From Clostridia bacterium (GTDB lineage Bacteria > Bacillota > Clostridia > Oscillospirales > CAG-272), in contig JAFTJE010000033.1 of the NCBI GenBank assembly GCA_017456545.1, positions 3,793 through 67,792 on the forward strand: 64,000 bases of DNA, read 5' to 3'. Positions 55,202 through 64,000 of the stretch are shown one piece after another. Each line of letters begins with the position of its first letter. Position 1 is the stretch's first letter. Under the pieces are notes generated by a model. The model was not told where the DNA came from. It ran no database searches and was given only the letters and a program-made list of their open reading frames with translations. The translations under genes were made by a program, and so were the position numbers.

Positions 55202-56368
55202 TTATTTCACGAAGCTGTTAATTAACTCGTTAGTCCTAATTCTTGCCATCTTATCGGCATAAATAATTTCGTCAAGAGTTGGGTTACCTATATTTTCAAA
55301 GCCTGTAACCACATTTTCCACTATATCAAAAATATCTGTAAAGCCAATTTTATCTTTAAGAAAAGCTCCAACAGCTATTTCGTCCGACGCATTAAGCACT
55401 GCGGGAATTATTCCATCCTCTTTTATTGCATAAAATGCAAGAGACAAAAGTGAAAAGGTATCCATATCGGGATCATCAAATGTAAGCCTTGACAGTGCAG
55501 CAAAATCAAGAGCATCTGCAAGTGCTGTTTTTCTTTCCGGATATGTTATAGCATATTGAATACAGGTCCTCATATCAGGAGCACCCATTTGTGCTATAAT
55601 ACTGTTATCAATATATTCAACTGCAGAATGCATTATACTCTGAGGATGAACAACAACCTTAACCTGCTGTGGACTGACTCCAAAAAGCCTAACTGCCTCA
55701 ATAACCTCAAATCCCTTATTCATAAGAGAAGCACTGTCAACGGTAATTTTCGGTCCCATTTTCCATGTAGGATGGCTCAATGCATCCTTAGCAGTAATAC
55801 CCCTTAGCTCTTCTCTTTTTCTACCCCTGAAGGGACCTCCTGAGGAGGTAAGTATAATACGCTTTATTTTGTTATCAGCAACCTTATCCAAGCATTGAAA
55901 AATTGCACTATGCTCACTGTCAACGGGTATCATCTCGGCATTGTTCCTCTTAATTTCATCTATAAGGAACTTATACGCTATAACGATAGCCTCTTTATTA
56001 GACATTGCAATTCGCTTTCCACTTTTTGCACATGCTATAGCAGGTGCCAGCCCTGCAAAACCGCTTACAGCATTTACGGCAACATCGGCATTACTCTCCA
56101 TAATTGCATCAATAGCAGAAGCCTCTCCCGAATATACCTTGATATCTGTATCCGAAAGCTTTATTTTAAGCTCTGATGCAGCTTTTTCATTTGTCATAAC
56201 GCATACACGGGGATTTAGCATCCTTGCCTGCTTTTCGATTATATCAACAGAGGAAGAAGCCATCAAAAGGTCAACCTCGCATGATATATTTTTAGCAACA
56301 TCAATGCTTTGTACACCTACTGAGCCGGTTGAACCCAGTATAGCGATTTTTTTATTTTGGGAATTCAT
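55202..56368 (-). CDS. dxr: 1-deoxy-D-xylulose 5-phosphate reductoisomerase
   Basis: ILGSTGSVG, MSNKEA, PVDSEHSAIFQC. Confidence 0.95.
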   Translation of the reverse strand: MNSQNKKIAILGSTGSVGVQSIDVAKNISCEVDLLMASSSVDIIEKQARMLNPRVCVMTNEKAASELKIKLSDTDIKVYSGEASAIDAIMESNADVAVNAVSGFAGLAPAIACAKSGKRIAMSNKEAIVIAYKFLIDEIKRNNAEMIPVDSEHSAIFQCLDKVADNKIKRIILTSSGGPFRGRKREELRGITAKDALSHPTWKMGPKITVDSASLMNKGFEVIEAVRLFGVSPQQVKVVVHPQSIMHSAVEYIDNSIIAQMGAPDMRTCIQYAITYPERKTALADALDFAALSRLTFDDPDMDTFSLLSLAFYAIKEDGIIPAVLNASDEIAVGAFLKDKIGFTDIFDIVENVVTGFENIGNPTLDEIIYADKMARIRTNELINSFVK

Positions 56369-56380
56369 ATTTTCACCTGA

Positions 56381-57202
56381 TTATATAATGTTAAGCATGG
56401 AAATAACGATATAAAGGAAGGGAGAAACAAGCATTACGCTATCGAAACGGTCAAGAACTCCTCCGTGTCCGGGGAACAAAAAGCCATAATCCTTGATTTC
56501 ATACTGTCTTTTTACAGCCGAGGCAATAAGATCTCCTATCTGGGATACAACAGCTACAACCGCACCCATTATAATAAGCTCAATATAGCTCATTTCAAAT
56601 CCGAAGGATGCTCTTAATATAAAACCGTAAAGTGCAAAGGCACCTATAGTAAATACTATACCACCAATAGAGCCTTCTATTGTCTTTTTAGGACTGATTG
56701 CGGGAATAAGCTTATGTCTGCCGAGGAATTTTCCTGTGAAATATGCAAAGGTATCACATACCCAAGCACCAATAAATATAAGAAGATAATAATAATTACC
56801 GTTATCCATATATCTTATATTTACCACAGAGGTAAAGCAAAGTATTACATAGGTGCAAAGTGCAAACAGGCTCATTACATCTGTTATTTTATCCTGATTA
56901 AGTCTGAACATAACATATGCAAGTGAGTATATAAGAAGCAAGAATACACAGGCTACTGCAATAATAAAGAAATAAGGCTTGATTACATCGAAATACGCAA
57001 GCATAGGCAGTCCCAATGCTACTAAATAAATAGGAATACAGAGTCCCCAGTTCTTATGCATACCAATGCATTTTGCCATTTCATATACACCTACAGCACA
57101 AATAATTGCAAATGCTATCGGAAATGCTAATGTGTCAGAAAAAATGCAAATAGGAACAAATATCGCTATTGCACAAATTGCTGTAATAATTCTTGTTTTC
57201 AT
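56381..57202 (-). CDS. cdsA: Phosphatidate cytidylyltransferase
   Basis: Multi-TM protein with the CTP-transferase signature SAVKRQYEIKDYGFLFPGHGGVLDRFDS. Confidence 0.9.
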   Translation of the reverse strand: MKTRIITAICAIAIFVPICIFSDTLAFPIAFAIICAVGVYEMAKCIGMHKNWGLCIPIYLVALGLPMLAYFDVIKPYFFIIAVACVFLLLIYSLAYVMFRLNQDKITDVMSLFALCTYVILCFTSVVNIRYMDNGNYYYLLIFIGAWVCDTFAYFTGKFLGRHKLIPAISPKKTIEGSIGGIVFTIGAFALYGFILRASFGFEMSYIELIIMGAVVAVVSQIGDLIASAVKRQYEIKDYGFLFPGHGGVLDRFDSVMLVSPFLYIVISMLNII

Positions 57203-57211
57203 ATTTCCCCC

Positions 57212-57919
57212 TTATTTTATACCACCGAAATTTCTTTTCCTTGAATAAAAGCTTTCTATAGCCTTATATAACTCCTTTTTATCAAAATCCGGCCATAATG
57301 TATCTGTAAAATAAAATTCAGAATACGCACACTGCCAGAGTAAAAAGTTAGAAATCCTACACTCATTTGCTGTTCTTACGATAAGATCAGGGTCCTTTGA
57401 AGCTCTCGTATATAAATGTGTTGATATATCGTTCTCGTCAATATCTGTCTTACCTTCTCTTGCAAGCTCGTTAAATGCATTTACAATTTCTGATCTGCCA
57501 CCGTAATTGAATGCTATATTTAAAATGTTAGAACAATTTAAGGTTTCTCTTTCAAGGCTTTCCATTTTGTTTCGGAGACCATCATCAAGAACAGATTTGT
57601 TGCCTAAAAATATAAACCTTATATCCTTCGATTTATCAACCTTATCAATATAAGAATTCAAAAGACCTATAATTGCATCTACCTCTTCCTTAGGTCTTTT
57701 CCAATTTTCCGTTGAAAAGGCATATACAGTAACGGTTTTTATACCGAGCTTATTACATTCTCTTACAACATTTTCAAAAGCAACTGCACCTTGCTTATGC
57801 CCTGCTTTTCTTGGTAGTGATCTTTTTTTAGCCCAACGACCGTTTCCATCCATTATAAATGCAATATGGGACAGACGGTCGTCAACCTTTATCTCACTTG
57901 CTTTTTTATGAAACAGCAT
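57212..57919 (-). CDS. uppS: Undecaprenyl (isoprenyl) diphosphate synthase
   Basis: HIAFIMDGNGRWA, FSTENWKRP, RTANECRISNFLLWQ. Confidence 0.95.
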   Translation of the reverse strand: MLFHKKASEIKVDDRLSHIAFIMDGNGRWAKKRSLPRKAGHKQGAVAFENVVRECNKLGIKTVTVYAFSTENWKRPKEEVDAIIGLLNSYIDKVDKSKDIRFIFLGNKSVLDDGLRNKMESLERETLNCSNILNIAFNYGGRSEIVNAFNELAREGKTDIDENDISTHLYTRASKDPDLIVRTANECRISNFLLWQCAYSEFYFTDTLWPDFDKKELYKAIESFYSRKRNFGGIK

Positions 57920-57944
57920 TAAAATCTCCTATCTCCATATTGCA

Positions 57945-57970
57945 TAAAAGACCACAAAAGTGGTCTTTTA
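57945..57970 (-). terminator. Hairpin/terminator after frr
   Basis: The arm aaaagaccac pairs with gtggtctttt. Confidence 0.65.
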
Positions 57971-57973
57971 TTG

Positions 57974-58528
57974 TTATATAGCCATAATTTCCTTTTCTTT
58001 TGCAGATGTAATTGCATCAATTTCCTTGATGAACCTATCTGTAATATCCTGAACAGACTTTTCGGAAGCCTTCTGCTCGTCCTCTGTCATTTCACCATTT
58101 TTCTTCATCTTCTTAGCCTCATCGATACCGTCACGACGAATATTACGAACAGCAACCTTAGCATCCTCACCCATTTTGGAAACCTGCTTATTAAGGTCCT
58201 TTCTACGGTCCTCGGTAAGCTGAGGGAATACAAGACGAATAACCTTACCGTCATTTGCAGGTGTAATTCCTATGTCGGAAGCCAAAATTGCCTTTTCAAC
58301 AGACTTAAGGAGAGATGTATCCCAAGGCTGAATAACTATAGTTCTTGCGTCGGGAACAGAAACTGTACCAATCTGATTGATGGGTGTGGCTGTGCCGTAA
58401 TAATCAACAGTTACTCTTGAAAGAATATTGGGGTTAGCTCTACCTGCTCTTACAGTATCAAGCTCATTTTTGTAAGCCTCTATGCTCTTTTTCATTCTGT
58501 TTTCTAAATTTTTTGTGTCAAGCTTCAT
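57974..58528 (-). CDS. frr: Ribosome recycling factor
   Basis: A 184-aa protein: VRAGRANPNIL, PLTEDRRKDL-like LTEDRRKDL. Confidence 0.95.
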   Translation of the reverse strand: MKLDTKNLENRMKKSIEAYKNELDTVRAGRANPNILSRVTVDYYGTATPINQIGTVSVPDARTIVIQPWDTSLLKSVEKAILASDIGITPANDGKVIRLVFPQLTEDRRKDLNKQVSKMGEDAKVAVRNIRRDGIDEAKKMKKNGEMTEDEQKASEKSVQDITDRFIKEIDAITSAKEKEIMAI

Positions 58529-58532
58529 AATT

Positions 58533-59246
58533 TCATTCTCCTTTTACTACAGTACCCATTTTGGCACCCATTATTACTTTATAGATGTTTTCGCATTTAT
58601 CGAGACCAAATACATGTATCGGAATATTGTTATCCATTGCAAAGGATGTAGCTGTGGAATCCATAGCAGCAAGTCCTCTTGCAAGTATCTCCTTATAAGT
58701 GATATCCGAAATTTTCTCGGCGTTAGGATCCTTTCTCGGGTCAGCGGTATATATAGCATCTATATTCTTAGCCATAAGAACTATATCTGCTCCTATTTCT
58801 GCTGCTCTTACAACAGCTGCTGTATCAGTAGAAACAAAAGGAATACCAAGTCCTCCACCGAAGATTACGACCTTACCGTTCTCAAGCTCTGAAACAGCAT
58901 CGTCTCTTACAAAGGGCTTTGCAAATGCCTTCATCTCAACAGATGTCATTACAACTGTATCGAGTCCGTTACGAATAAAAGATTCCTGAAGTGCAACAGC
59001 GTTAATACAGGTAGCAAGCATTCCCATATGGTCAGCCTTTACCCTATCCATATTTTCTCCACTTCTGCCACGCCAGATATTACCTGCACCAACAATAATA
59101 CCAAATTGCACACCCTTATCTGTGCATTGCTTGATTACTGAAGCGATTTCTTTGATATAATCAAAGTTCAATATACCGTCAGGTCCCGAAGAAATAGCCT
59201 CTCCGGAAAGCTTAAGTAAAACTCTCTTATAAACCGGATTTTCCAT
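58533..59246 (-). CDS. pyrH: UMP kinase
   Basis: YKRVLLKLSGEA, VVGAGNIWRG, and the amino-acid-kinase fold. Confidence 0.95.
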   Translation of the reverse strand: MENPVYKRVLLKLSGEAISSGPDGILNFDYIKEIASVIKQCTDKGVQFGIIVGAGNIWRGRSGENMDRVKADHMGMLATCINAVALQESFIRNGLDTVVMTSVEMKAFAKPFVRDDAVSELENGKVVIFGGGLGIPFVSTDTAAVVRAAEIGADIVLMAKNIDAIYTADPRKDPNAEKISDITYKEILARGLAAMDSTATSFAMDNNIPIHVFGLDKCENIYKVIMGAKMGTVVKGE

Positions 59247-59343
59247 TTTTGCTACACATCCTCACATGTTTGTCATTAATAATATAATACTATATATTTG
59301 TTAATTTGTAAATATAAAAATTCAAAAAAGTTATTTTTTCTAT

Positions 59344-59373
59344 AAAAAAACCGACAGAAATCTGTCGGTTTTT
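59344..59373 (-). terminator. Rho-independent terminator after tsf
   Basis: The arm ccgacaga pairs with tctgtcgg, with a T-run on the minus strand. Confidence 0.8.
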
Positions 59374-59386
59374 ATGTTAATAGTTA

Positions 59387-60319
59387 TTAGCCCTTAACCA
59401 TCTTTTCGATTTCAGCTGCGAAATCGTCTTCTCTCTTTTCGAGACCTTCGCCCTTTTCGTACATAAAGTAACCAACAACCTTGATCTCACCGCCAAATTC
59501 CTTAGCTGTGTCAGCAACATACTTGCCAACGGAGATCTTGTCATCCTTTACATATGACTGCTCAAGCAAGCAGTTCTTTTCATAGAACTTACCAAGCTTA
59601 CCGATAACCATCTTCTCAAGAATCTGAGCAGGCTTATTAGCATTTTTAGGATCGTTTGCAAGCTGTGCAAGAATAACGGACTTTTCTTCCTCGATATCCT
59701 TTTCAGGAACGGAAGCCTTATCAAGGTAAAGTACAGGCATAGCTGCAACCTGGAGTGCAATATTCTTTGCAAATGATGCGAAGCCTTCGTTTGCTACTGC
59801 CTTATCATCTGCCTCAAACTTAACGATAACACCTGTTGAGCCCTTACCGTGAATATAGGATGTAAGCACACCCTCAACAATAAGGAAACGGCGGATGTTC
59901 ATATTCTCGCCAATTGTGAAAATCATATCCTTGAGCTTTGCCTCAACAGTCATATCTGTACCGTCAAAGTTCTTTGTGTTAAGCTCTGCTACATCAGCAG
60001 GCTTTGTAGCGATTATAGTTCTGAGAAGACCCTTAACGAAGTCAAGGAACTTTTCGTTCTTTGCAACGAAGTCAGTCTCAGCGTTAACCTCGATCATTGC
60101 TGCTGTCTTACCGTCATCGCTAATAAGAATATCAACTACACCCTCAGATGCAATACGGCTTGCCTTCTTTGCAGCTACTGCAAGACCCTTCTCACGAAGG
60201 AGCTTAACTGCAGCATCAAAATCACCATTAGCCTCTGCAAGTGCTTTCTTACAATCCATCATTCCGCAGCCTGTCTGTGTTCTAAGGTCTGCAACCATTT
60301 TTGCTGTAATAGCGGCCAT
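59387..60319 (-). CDS. tsf: Elongation factor Ts
   Basis: ITAKMVADLRTQTGCGMMDCKKALAEANGDFDAAVKLLREKG matches the UBA-like N-domain. Confidence 0.97.
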   Translation of the reverse strand: MAAITAKMVADLRTQTGCGMMDCKKALAEANGDFDAAVKLLREKGLAVAAKKASRIASEGVVDILISDDGKTAAMIEVNAETDFVAKNEKFLDFVKGLLRTIIATKPADVAELNTKNFDGTDMTVEAKLKDMIFTIGENMNIRRFLIVEGVLTSYIHGKGSTGVIVKFEADDKAVANEGFASFAKNIALQVAAMPVLYLDKASVPEKDIEEEKSVILAQLANDPKNANKPAQILEKMVIGKLGKFYEKNCLLEQSYVKDDKISVGKYVADTAKEFGGEIKVVGYFMYEKGEGLEKREDDFAAEIEKMVKG

Positions 60320-60344
60320 TTCTATATCCTCCGAAAATTATAAA

Positions 60345-61076
60345 TTATTCAGCTTCTGCTTCTACTTTCTCTTCTACTGCTTCAACAGGTGTTTCACCCT
60401 GTCTGCCTTCGATTACTGCGTCGGCAATTGCAGCAGAGATAAGCTTAATAGCACGAATAGCATCGTCGTTACCGGGGATGATATAATCTGCATCGTCAGG
60501 ATCGCAGTTAGTATCTACGATAGCGATAACAGGAATACCAAGTCTCTTAGCTTCAAGAACAGCATTGTGCTCCTTCTTTGTATCTACAATAAAAATTGCG
60601 GAAGGAAGCTTTTCCATTGTCTTGATACCGCCAAGGTTCTTTTCAAGGTCGTTCATTTCCTTTACAAGACCTGCAACCTCCTTCTTGGGAAGAAGATCGA
60701 ATGTGCCATCCTGCTGCATCTTCTGGAGCTGGTTAAGACGAGCAATACTCTTCTTAATTGTCTGGAAGTTTGTGAGCATACCACCGAGCCAACGAACATT
60801 TACATAGTACATACCACAACGCTGAGCTTCCTCACGGATAGCATCAGTAGCCTGCTTCTTTGTACCTACGAAAAGGATGTCGCCACCCTCGGCAGCAATG
60901 TCACGAGCAAACATATACGCCTCGTCAAACTTACCTGCTGTCTTCTGAAGGTCGATGATGTAAATACCATTTCTTTCTGTGAAGATGTACTCTGCCATCT
61001 TAGGGTTCCATCTTCTTGTGTGGTGTCCGAAGTGAACACCTGCTTCAAGCAACTGCTTAATTGAGATTACTGACAT
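60345..61076 (-). CDS. rpsB: 30S ribosomal protein S2
   Basis: [30 protein letters not shown] 61076 lies behind AGGAGG, so the 10-codon upstream extension in the ORF track is rejected. Confidence 0.95.
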   Translation of the reverse strand: MSVISIKQLLEAGVHFGHHTRRWNPKMAEYIFTERNGIYIIDLQKTAGKFDEAYMFARDIAAEGGDILFVGTKKQATDAIREEAQRCGMYYVNVRWLGGMLTNFQTIKKSIARLNQLQKMQQDGTFDLLPKKEVAGLVKEMNDLEKNLGGIKTMEKLPSAIFIVDTKKEHNAVLEAKRLGIPVIAIVDTNCDPDDADYIIPGNDDAIRAIKLISAAIADAVIEGRQGETPVEAVEEKVEAEAE

Positions 61077-61205
61077 TTTAATGTCCTCCTTTGGTTTTTC
61101 CGCCATCCGTACTTTTCGTTCCTACCAAAAAAATCAGCACCGAAAACGCATCACAGCACGGATGTGTGTTTTATTTTTTTGTGTGCTCTCATACACACGC
61201 AATGC

Positions 61206-61235
61206 ATTATAACACACATATTATTGTTATTTCAA
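61206..61235 (-). promoter_or_regulatory. Sigma-A promoter with extended -10 for rpsB-tsf
   Basis: On the minus strand: TTGAAA, an 18-nt spacer, then TGtTATAAT. This predicts a leader of ~120 nt. Confidence 0.55.
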
Positions 61236-61296
61236 TATGAATTTCATCTGTTAACAAAAAATTTACAATTTATTTTTTTCTACATTATTTATATAA

Positions 61297-61326
61297 AAGA
61301 AAACCGCGGAAAATCCGCGGTTTAAT
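61297..61326 (-). terminator. Rho-independent terminator after the lipoprotein gene
   Basis: The arm aaaccgcgga pairs with tccgcggttt. Confidence 0.8.
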
Positions 61327-61332
61327 TTCTTT

Positions 61333-63063
61333 TTATTCTGTGGGTTCACCGGGTTCGGTAGGTTCACTTGGCTCTACAGGCTCATCCTCGGGAAGTGCCT
61401 TTGCAGTTGTATAAGAAGTGTAAACCGTTGTATATACTTCCATAGCATCCTTGTATGCAGCAGAATTTTTGATTGCCAATACCGCTTCATTTGTTGTTTG
61501 GGCATTGCTCCACTCTGCAGCAAATGTAGCAAACTCCTCTGCAGACATATCCTCAATAGTATCATATACAGAGTCGTTCAATGTGTTAAGAGCTGCTATT
61601 TTAGTATTGTATTCACCCTTCTTAGACAGCTTATTGTAGTAAGCATCGAATCCTGCATAAGGATCTGTAATGGAATCATAGTTAACCTTTTTAACATCGG
61701 TCCAATAATCCATGGATACACCCTCAGCAACATATGTAAGGTATCCATTACCTGTGTAAAGAGAATTCATCTTATATGCATACTTGCCCTGATTATCCTT
61801 AATCATTTCAAGTACACCATCTTCGTTTATCTCGTAATCATCATCCTTAATGCCGTACTGCAAAAGTGTACGAATCTCTGCATCTGTCTGAAGATTATAT
61901 ACAATGTCCTTTGCTCTTTCGTACTCAATAGAATAATCGGTTACTGCAAATACAGAATCAAAAATGCTTTCCTCGGATAATACAGGAACCTTTGTCTTGA
62001 TAACATAGTAATCCTCCTCATAATCCTTGATTTCTGTATAGTCGCATTCAATATAAGAAACTGCTATCTTCTTGTCAGTTTCGGAAGCCTCACCGTATGT
62101 TTTATAAAGCTTCATGAAAGTAACATAATCAATATTACCAAGTGTATCAGTGGGAGCACCGCCGTTAACCCCGGATCCTACAAGTGAGAAATCATCCTCA
62201 TTGCCCCAATATGTTAAAGGAGCATCATCCAATGTAGCTGAGAAAGGAATTGTATTTGAAACTGATGTTACACTGTTTACAAACTTCTCAAGCTCTACAT
62301 AATCAACATCTCCGTTATCATTTGTGATGGAGTTGATATCAAAATCGGGAACAAAGCTTGCAACAGACTTGTCGATAAGCATGTACTTATACTCTCCATC
62401 AGAGAAAAGATGATTGTTGGGAATACCGTAAATTTCATAGGAATTACCTGTCTTTACTTTAAGAGCATCAAGAATCTCTGATCTTATAGTCTTATTGATC
62501 TGGTTATAATTAGAAGTAGTCAAATCAGTCTTCCAAGAAGAAAGCTGACCCTTACTGTAGTACTTAACATAGTCTTCTTTGCTTCTGATAAGTATGATGT
62601 CAAGCTGAGTATCACGAACTTTGGGATATAAAAGCTGAATTGTGCCGTTTTCTACTCTTCCGGCTGTTGTCTTGTATTCAGGATAATCCTCGTGTCCTAC
62701 AAGAGAGCTGGGTTTCCTATAGTCTTTATTGCTCTCCTTGTTCTTCAGTTCATTCATCTTATTGGCAAGGACAGTGTCATATTCGCCGTCATTTACCGCA
62801 ATGATTTTAATTTGAGCACACATTTCTTTGCGAAGTCTAACATTAATCGCCTCTTCAACTGCAGCAAGTCTTTCCTGGAACTCAGGTGAGCTTGGATTTG
62901 CATCTGTAGGGATCATGATATTAAATGTGAGGGGTACCTTTGCTGTATTTCCAACAATGTCCTTAATAATCTGCTCATCGGTTCTGTTATCAGAGCAAGA
63001 TGTAAGGAAAACTGAGCACAACATCAATATTGCGAGTGCAAAACATAATAATCTTTTTTTCAT
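61333..63063 (-). CDS. Large lipoprotein, solute-binding-protein-like, with an acidic Pro/Glu-rich C-tail
   Basis: Has a signal peptide with lipobox LTSC. ATG 63063 lies behind GGAGG. The protein is ~576 aa. YGIPNN and the overall composition resemble large family-1 SBPs, but no adjacent permease genes are present. Confidence 0.45.
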   Translation of the reverse strand: MKKRLLCFALAILMLCSVFLTSCSDNRTDEQIIKDIVGNTAKVPLTFNIMIPTDANPSSPEFQERLAAVEEAINVRLRKEMCAQIKIIAVNDGEYDTVLANKMNELKNKESNKDYRKPSSLVGHEDYPEYKTTAGRVENGTIQLLYPKVRDTQLDIILIRSKEDYVKYYSKGQLSSWKTDLTTSNYNQINKTIRSEILDALKVKTGNSYEIYGIPNNHLFSDGEYKYMLIDKSVASFVPDFDINSITNDNGDVDYVELEKFVNSVTSVSNTIPFSATLDDAPLTYWGNEDDFSLVGSGVNGGAPTDTLGNIDYVTFMKLYKTYGEASETDKKIAVSYIECDYTEIKDYEEDYYVIKTKVPVLSEESIFDSVFAVTDYSIEYERAKDIVYNLQTDAEIRTLLQYGIKDDDYEINEDGVLEMIKDNQGKYAYKMNSLYTGNGYLTYVAEGVSMDYWTDVKKVNYDSITDPYAGFDAYYNKLSKKGEYNTKIAALNTLNDSVYDTIEDMSAEEFATFAAEWSNAQTTNEAVLAIKNSAAYKDAMEVYTTVYTSYTTAKALPEDEPVEPSEPTEPGEPTE

Positions 63064-63176
63064 TTCGGTGAAATCCTCCAATTTCTTATACAAGTACAAT
63101 TATACAATAAGAAAGTATTTTTGTCAAGTTGTTTTATGCATCATTTACAAATTTTAACACTTGTACGGCAATTTTA

Positions 63177-64000
63177 TTAGTCTAAATAATCCTTAAGACG
63201 CTTAGATCGGCTTGGATGACGGAGTTTTCTAAGTGCTTTTGCCTCAATTTGGCGTATTCTCTCTCTCGTAATATCGAACTCCTTACCAACCTCTTCAAGT
63301 GTCCTTGTCCTGCCGTCCTCAAGACCGAAACGAAGCTTTAACACCTGCTCTTCTCTGGGGGTTAGAGTATGGAGAACCTCGTTAATTTGCTCTTTAAGAA
63401 GTGTATAAGAGGCAGCCTCAGCAGGTGCAGGTGAATCATCATCAGGTATAAAATCACCAAGATGGCTATCCTCTTCTTCACCGATAGGAGTCTCAAGGGA
63501 AACAGGCTCAAGAGCATATTTCATTGTATCTCTTACCTTCTCAGGTGTCATATCCAGCTTTTCTGCAATTTCCTCAGGGGTAGGCTCTCTTCCATACTCC
63601 TGGAGAAGCTGTCTGGATATCCTTGATACCTTGTGAATGGTTTCAACCATATGTACAGGTATTCTTACTGTTCTTGCCTGATCTGCAATAGCTCTTGTAA
63701 TAGCCTGTCTTATCCACCATGTTGCATAGGTCGAAAATTTGAAGCCCTTGGAACAGTCAAACTTCTCAACTGCTCTCATAAGTCCGAGGTTACCCTCTTG
63801 AATAAGGTCGAGAAATGCCATTCCTTTATTAAGATGCTTTTTTGCTATACTTACAACAAGACGAAGGTTTGCTTCAACGATCTTTTTCTTTGCCTTCTCG
63901 TCTCCATCCATCATCCTTTGAGCAAGAATCTGTTCCTCCTCAACAAGAAGAAGAGGTACTCTGCCGATATCCTTAAGATACATTCTTACAGGATCATCAA
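63177..64000 (-). CDS. sigA: Primary-type RNA polymerase sigma factor (SigA/RpoD); the 5' end lies beyond the window
   Basis: The frame is open to the window edge (..[12 protein letters not shown]). Regions 2-4 are visible: [28 protein letters not shown] and [30 protein letters not shown]. Confidence 0.9.
   Translation of the reverse strand, partial: DDPVRMYLKDIGRVPLLLVEEEQILAQRMMDGDEKAKKKIVEANLRLVVSIAKKHLNKGMAFLDLIQEGNLGLMRAVEKFDCSKGFKFSTYATWWIRQAITRAIADQARTVRIPVHMVETIHKVSRISRQLLQEYGREPTPEEIAEKLDMTPEKVRDTMKYALEPVSLETPIGEEEDSHLGDFIPDDDSPAPAEAASYTLLKEQINEVLHTLTPREEQVLKLRFGLEDGRTRTLEEVGKEFDITRERIRQIEAKALRKLRHPSRSKRLKDYLD

Noticed and set aside
59895-61064. A 389-aa stop-free ORF on the + strand spans the tsf 5' half, the tsf-rpsB spacer and almost all of rpsB in antisense. 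A 164-aa companion ORF lies at 59849-60343.
   Set aside because: Over rpsB the ORF is in the same codon phase as the sense gene (both 60345 and 59895 are 0 mod 3). Antisense stops would therefore require sense TTA, CTA or TCA codons, which highly expressed ribosomal and translation genes avoid. The translated product is low-complexity Ser/Cys/Phe/Leu-rich nonsense, with no ribosome-binding site or promoter. It is best explained as a codon-bias shadow ORF. Ribosome profiling would settle the question.
1-64000. I searched for CRISPR arrays, tRNA and rRNA genes, IS elements and transposases, integrases, prophage genes, restriction-modification systems, toxin-antitoxin systems, and known defence systems.
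   Set aside because: No regularly spaced direct repeats were found, and no non-coding gap large enough or structured appropriately for an RNA gene. None of the translated ORFs shows DDE/serine/tyrosine recombinase, reverse transcriptase, methyltransferase-endonuclease or typical toxin motifs. Absence is judged by eye only.

Overview
This window looks like a chromosomal segment of a low-GC, PolC-type, spore-forming Firmicute (Clostridia-like). It carries spoIIID, yqfC, yqfD, a ylbJ-like gene and whiA. Most of it is dense housekeeping sequence. The + strand block (1-26.9 kb) holds xseB-ispA-tlyA-argR-recN, murB-whiA-dnaE, PBP1A, dacB, pgi, galE-galM, spoIIID and ylxM-ffh-rpsP. The - strand block (26.9-64 kb) holds yebC-argS-prs, rhaAB, the mutS2 / recO-era-ybeY-phoH-yqfD-yqfC set, rpe, ispF-ispD, the classic polC-ispG-rseP-dxr-cdsA-uppS-frr-pyrH-tsf-rpsB block, a lipoprotein, and a partial sigA.

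I recognised no rRNA, tRNA, CRISPR array, IS element, integrase or phage gene, and no known defence system.

The least ordinary stretch is a ~3.6 kb accessory islet (45.0-48.7 kb) between ispD and the 3' end of polC. It contains:
- an orphan BlaI/CopY-family repressor
- an orphan ACP-like carrier protein
- a truncated ROK-like HTH protein, divergent from the ACP gene
- a translationally coupled DUF2975 membrane protein / YozG-type HTH / geranylgeranyl-reductase-like flavoprotein operon

Smaller singleton genes of unclear function lie at 11.8-12.5 kb and 15.3-17.5 kb: a His15-less HPr-like protein, a lipoprotein with an H/C3 motif, a mini P-loop protein, and a 24-Cys protein with a CCCCCC run. 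All functional calls rest on motif and family recognition by eye. No database search was run.
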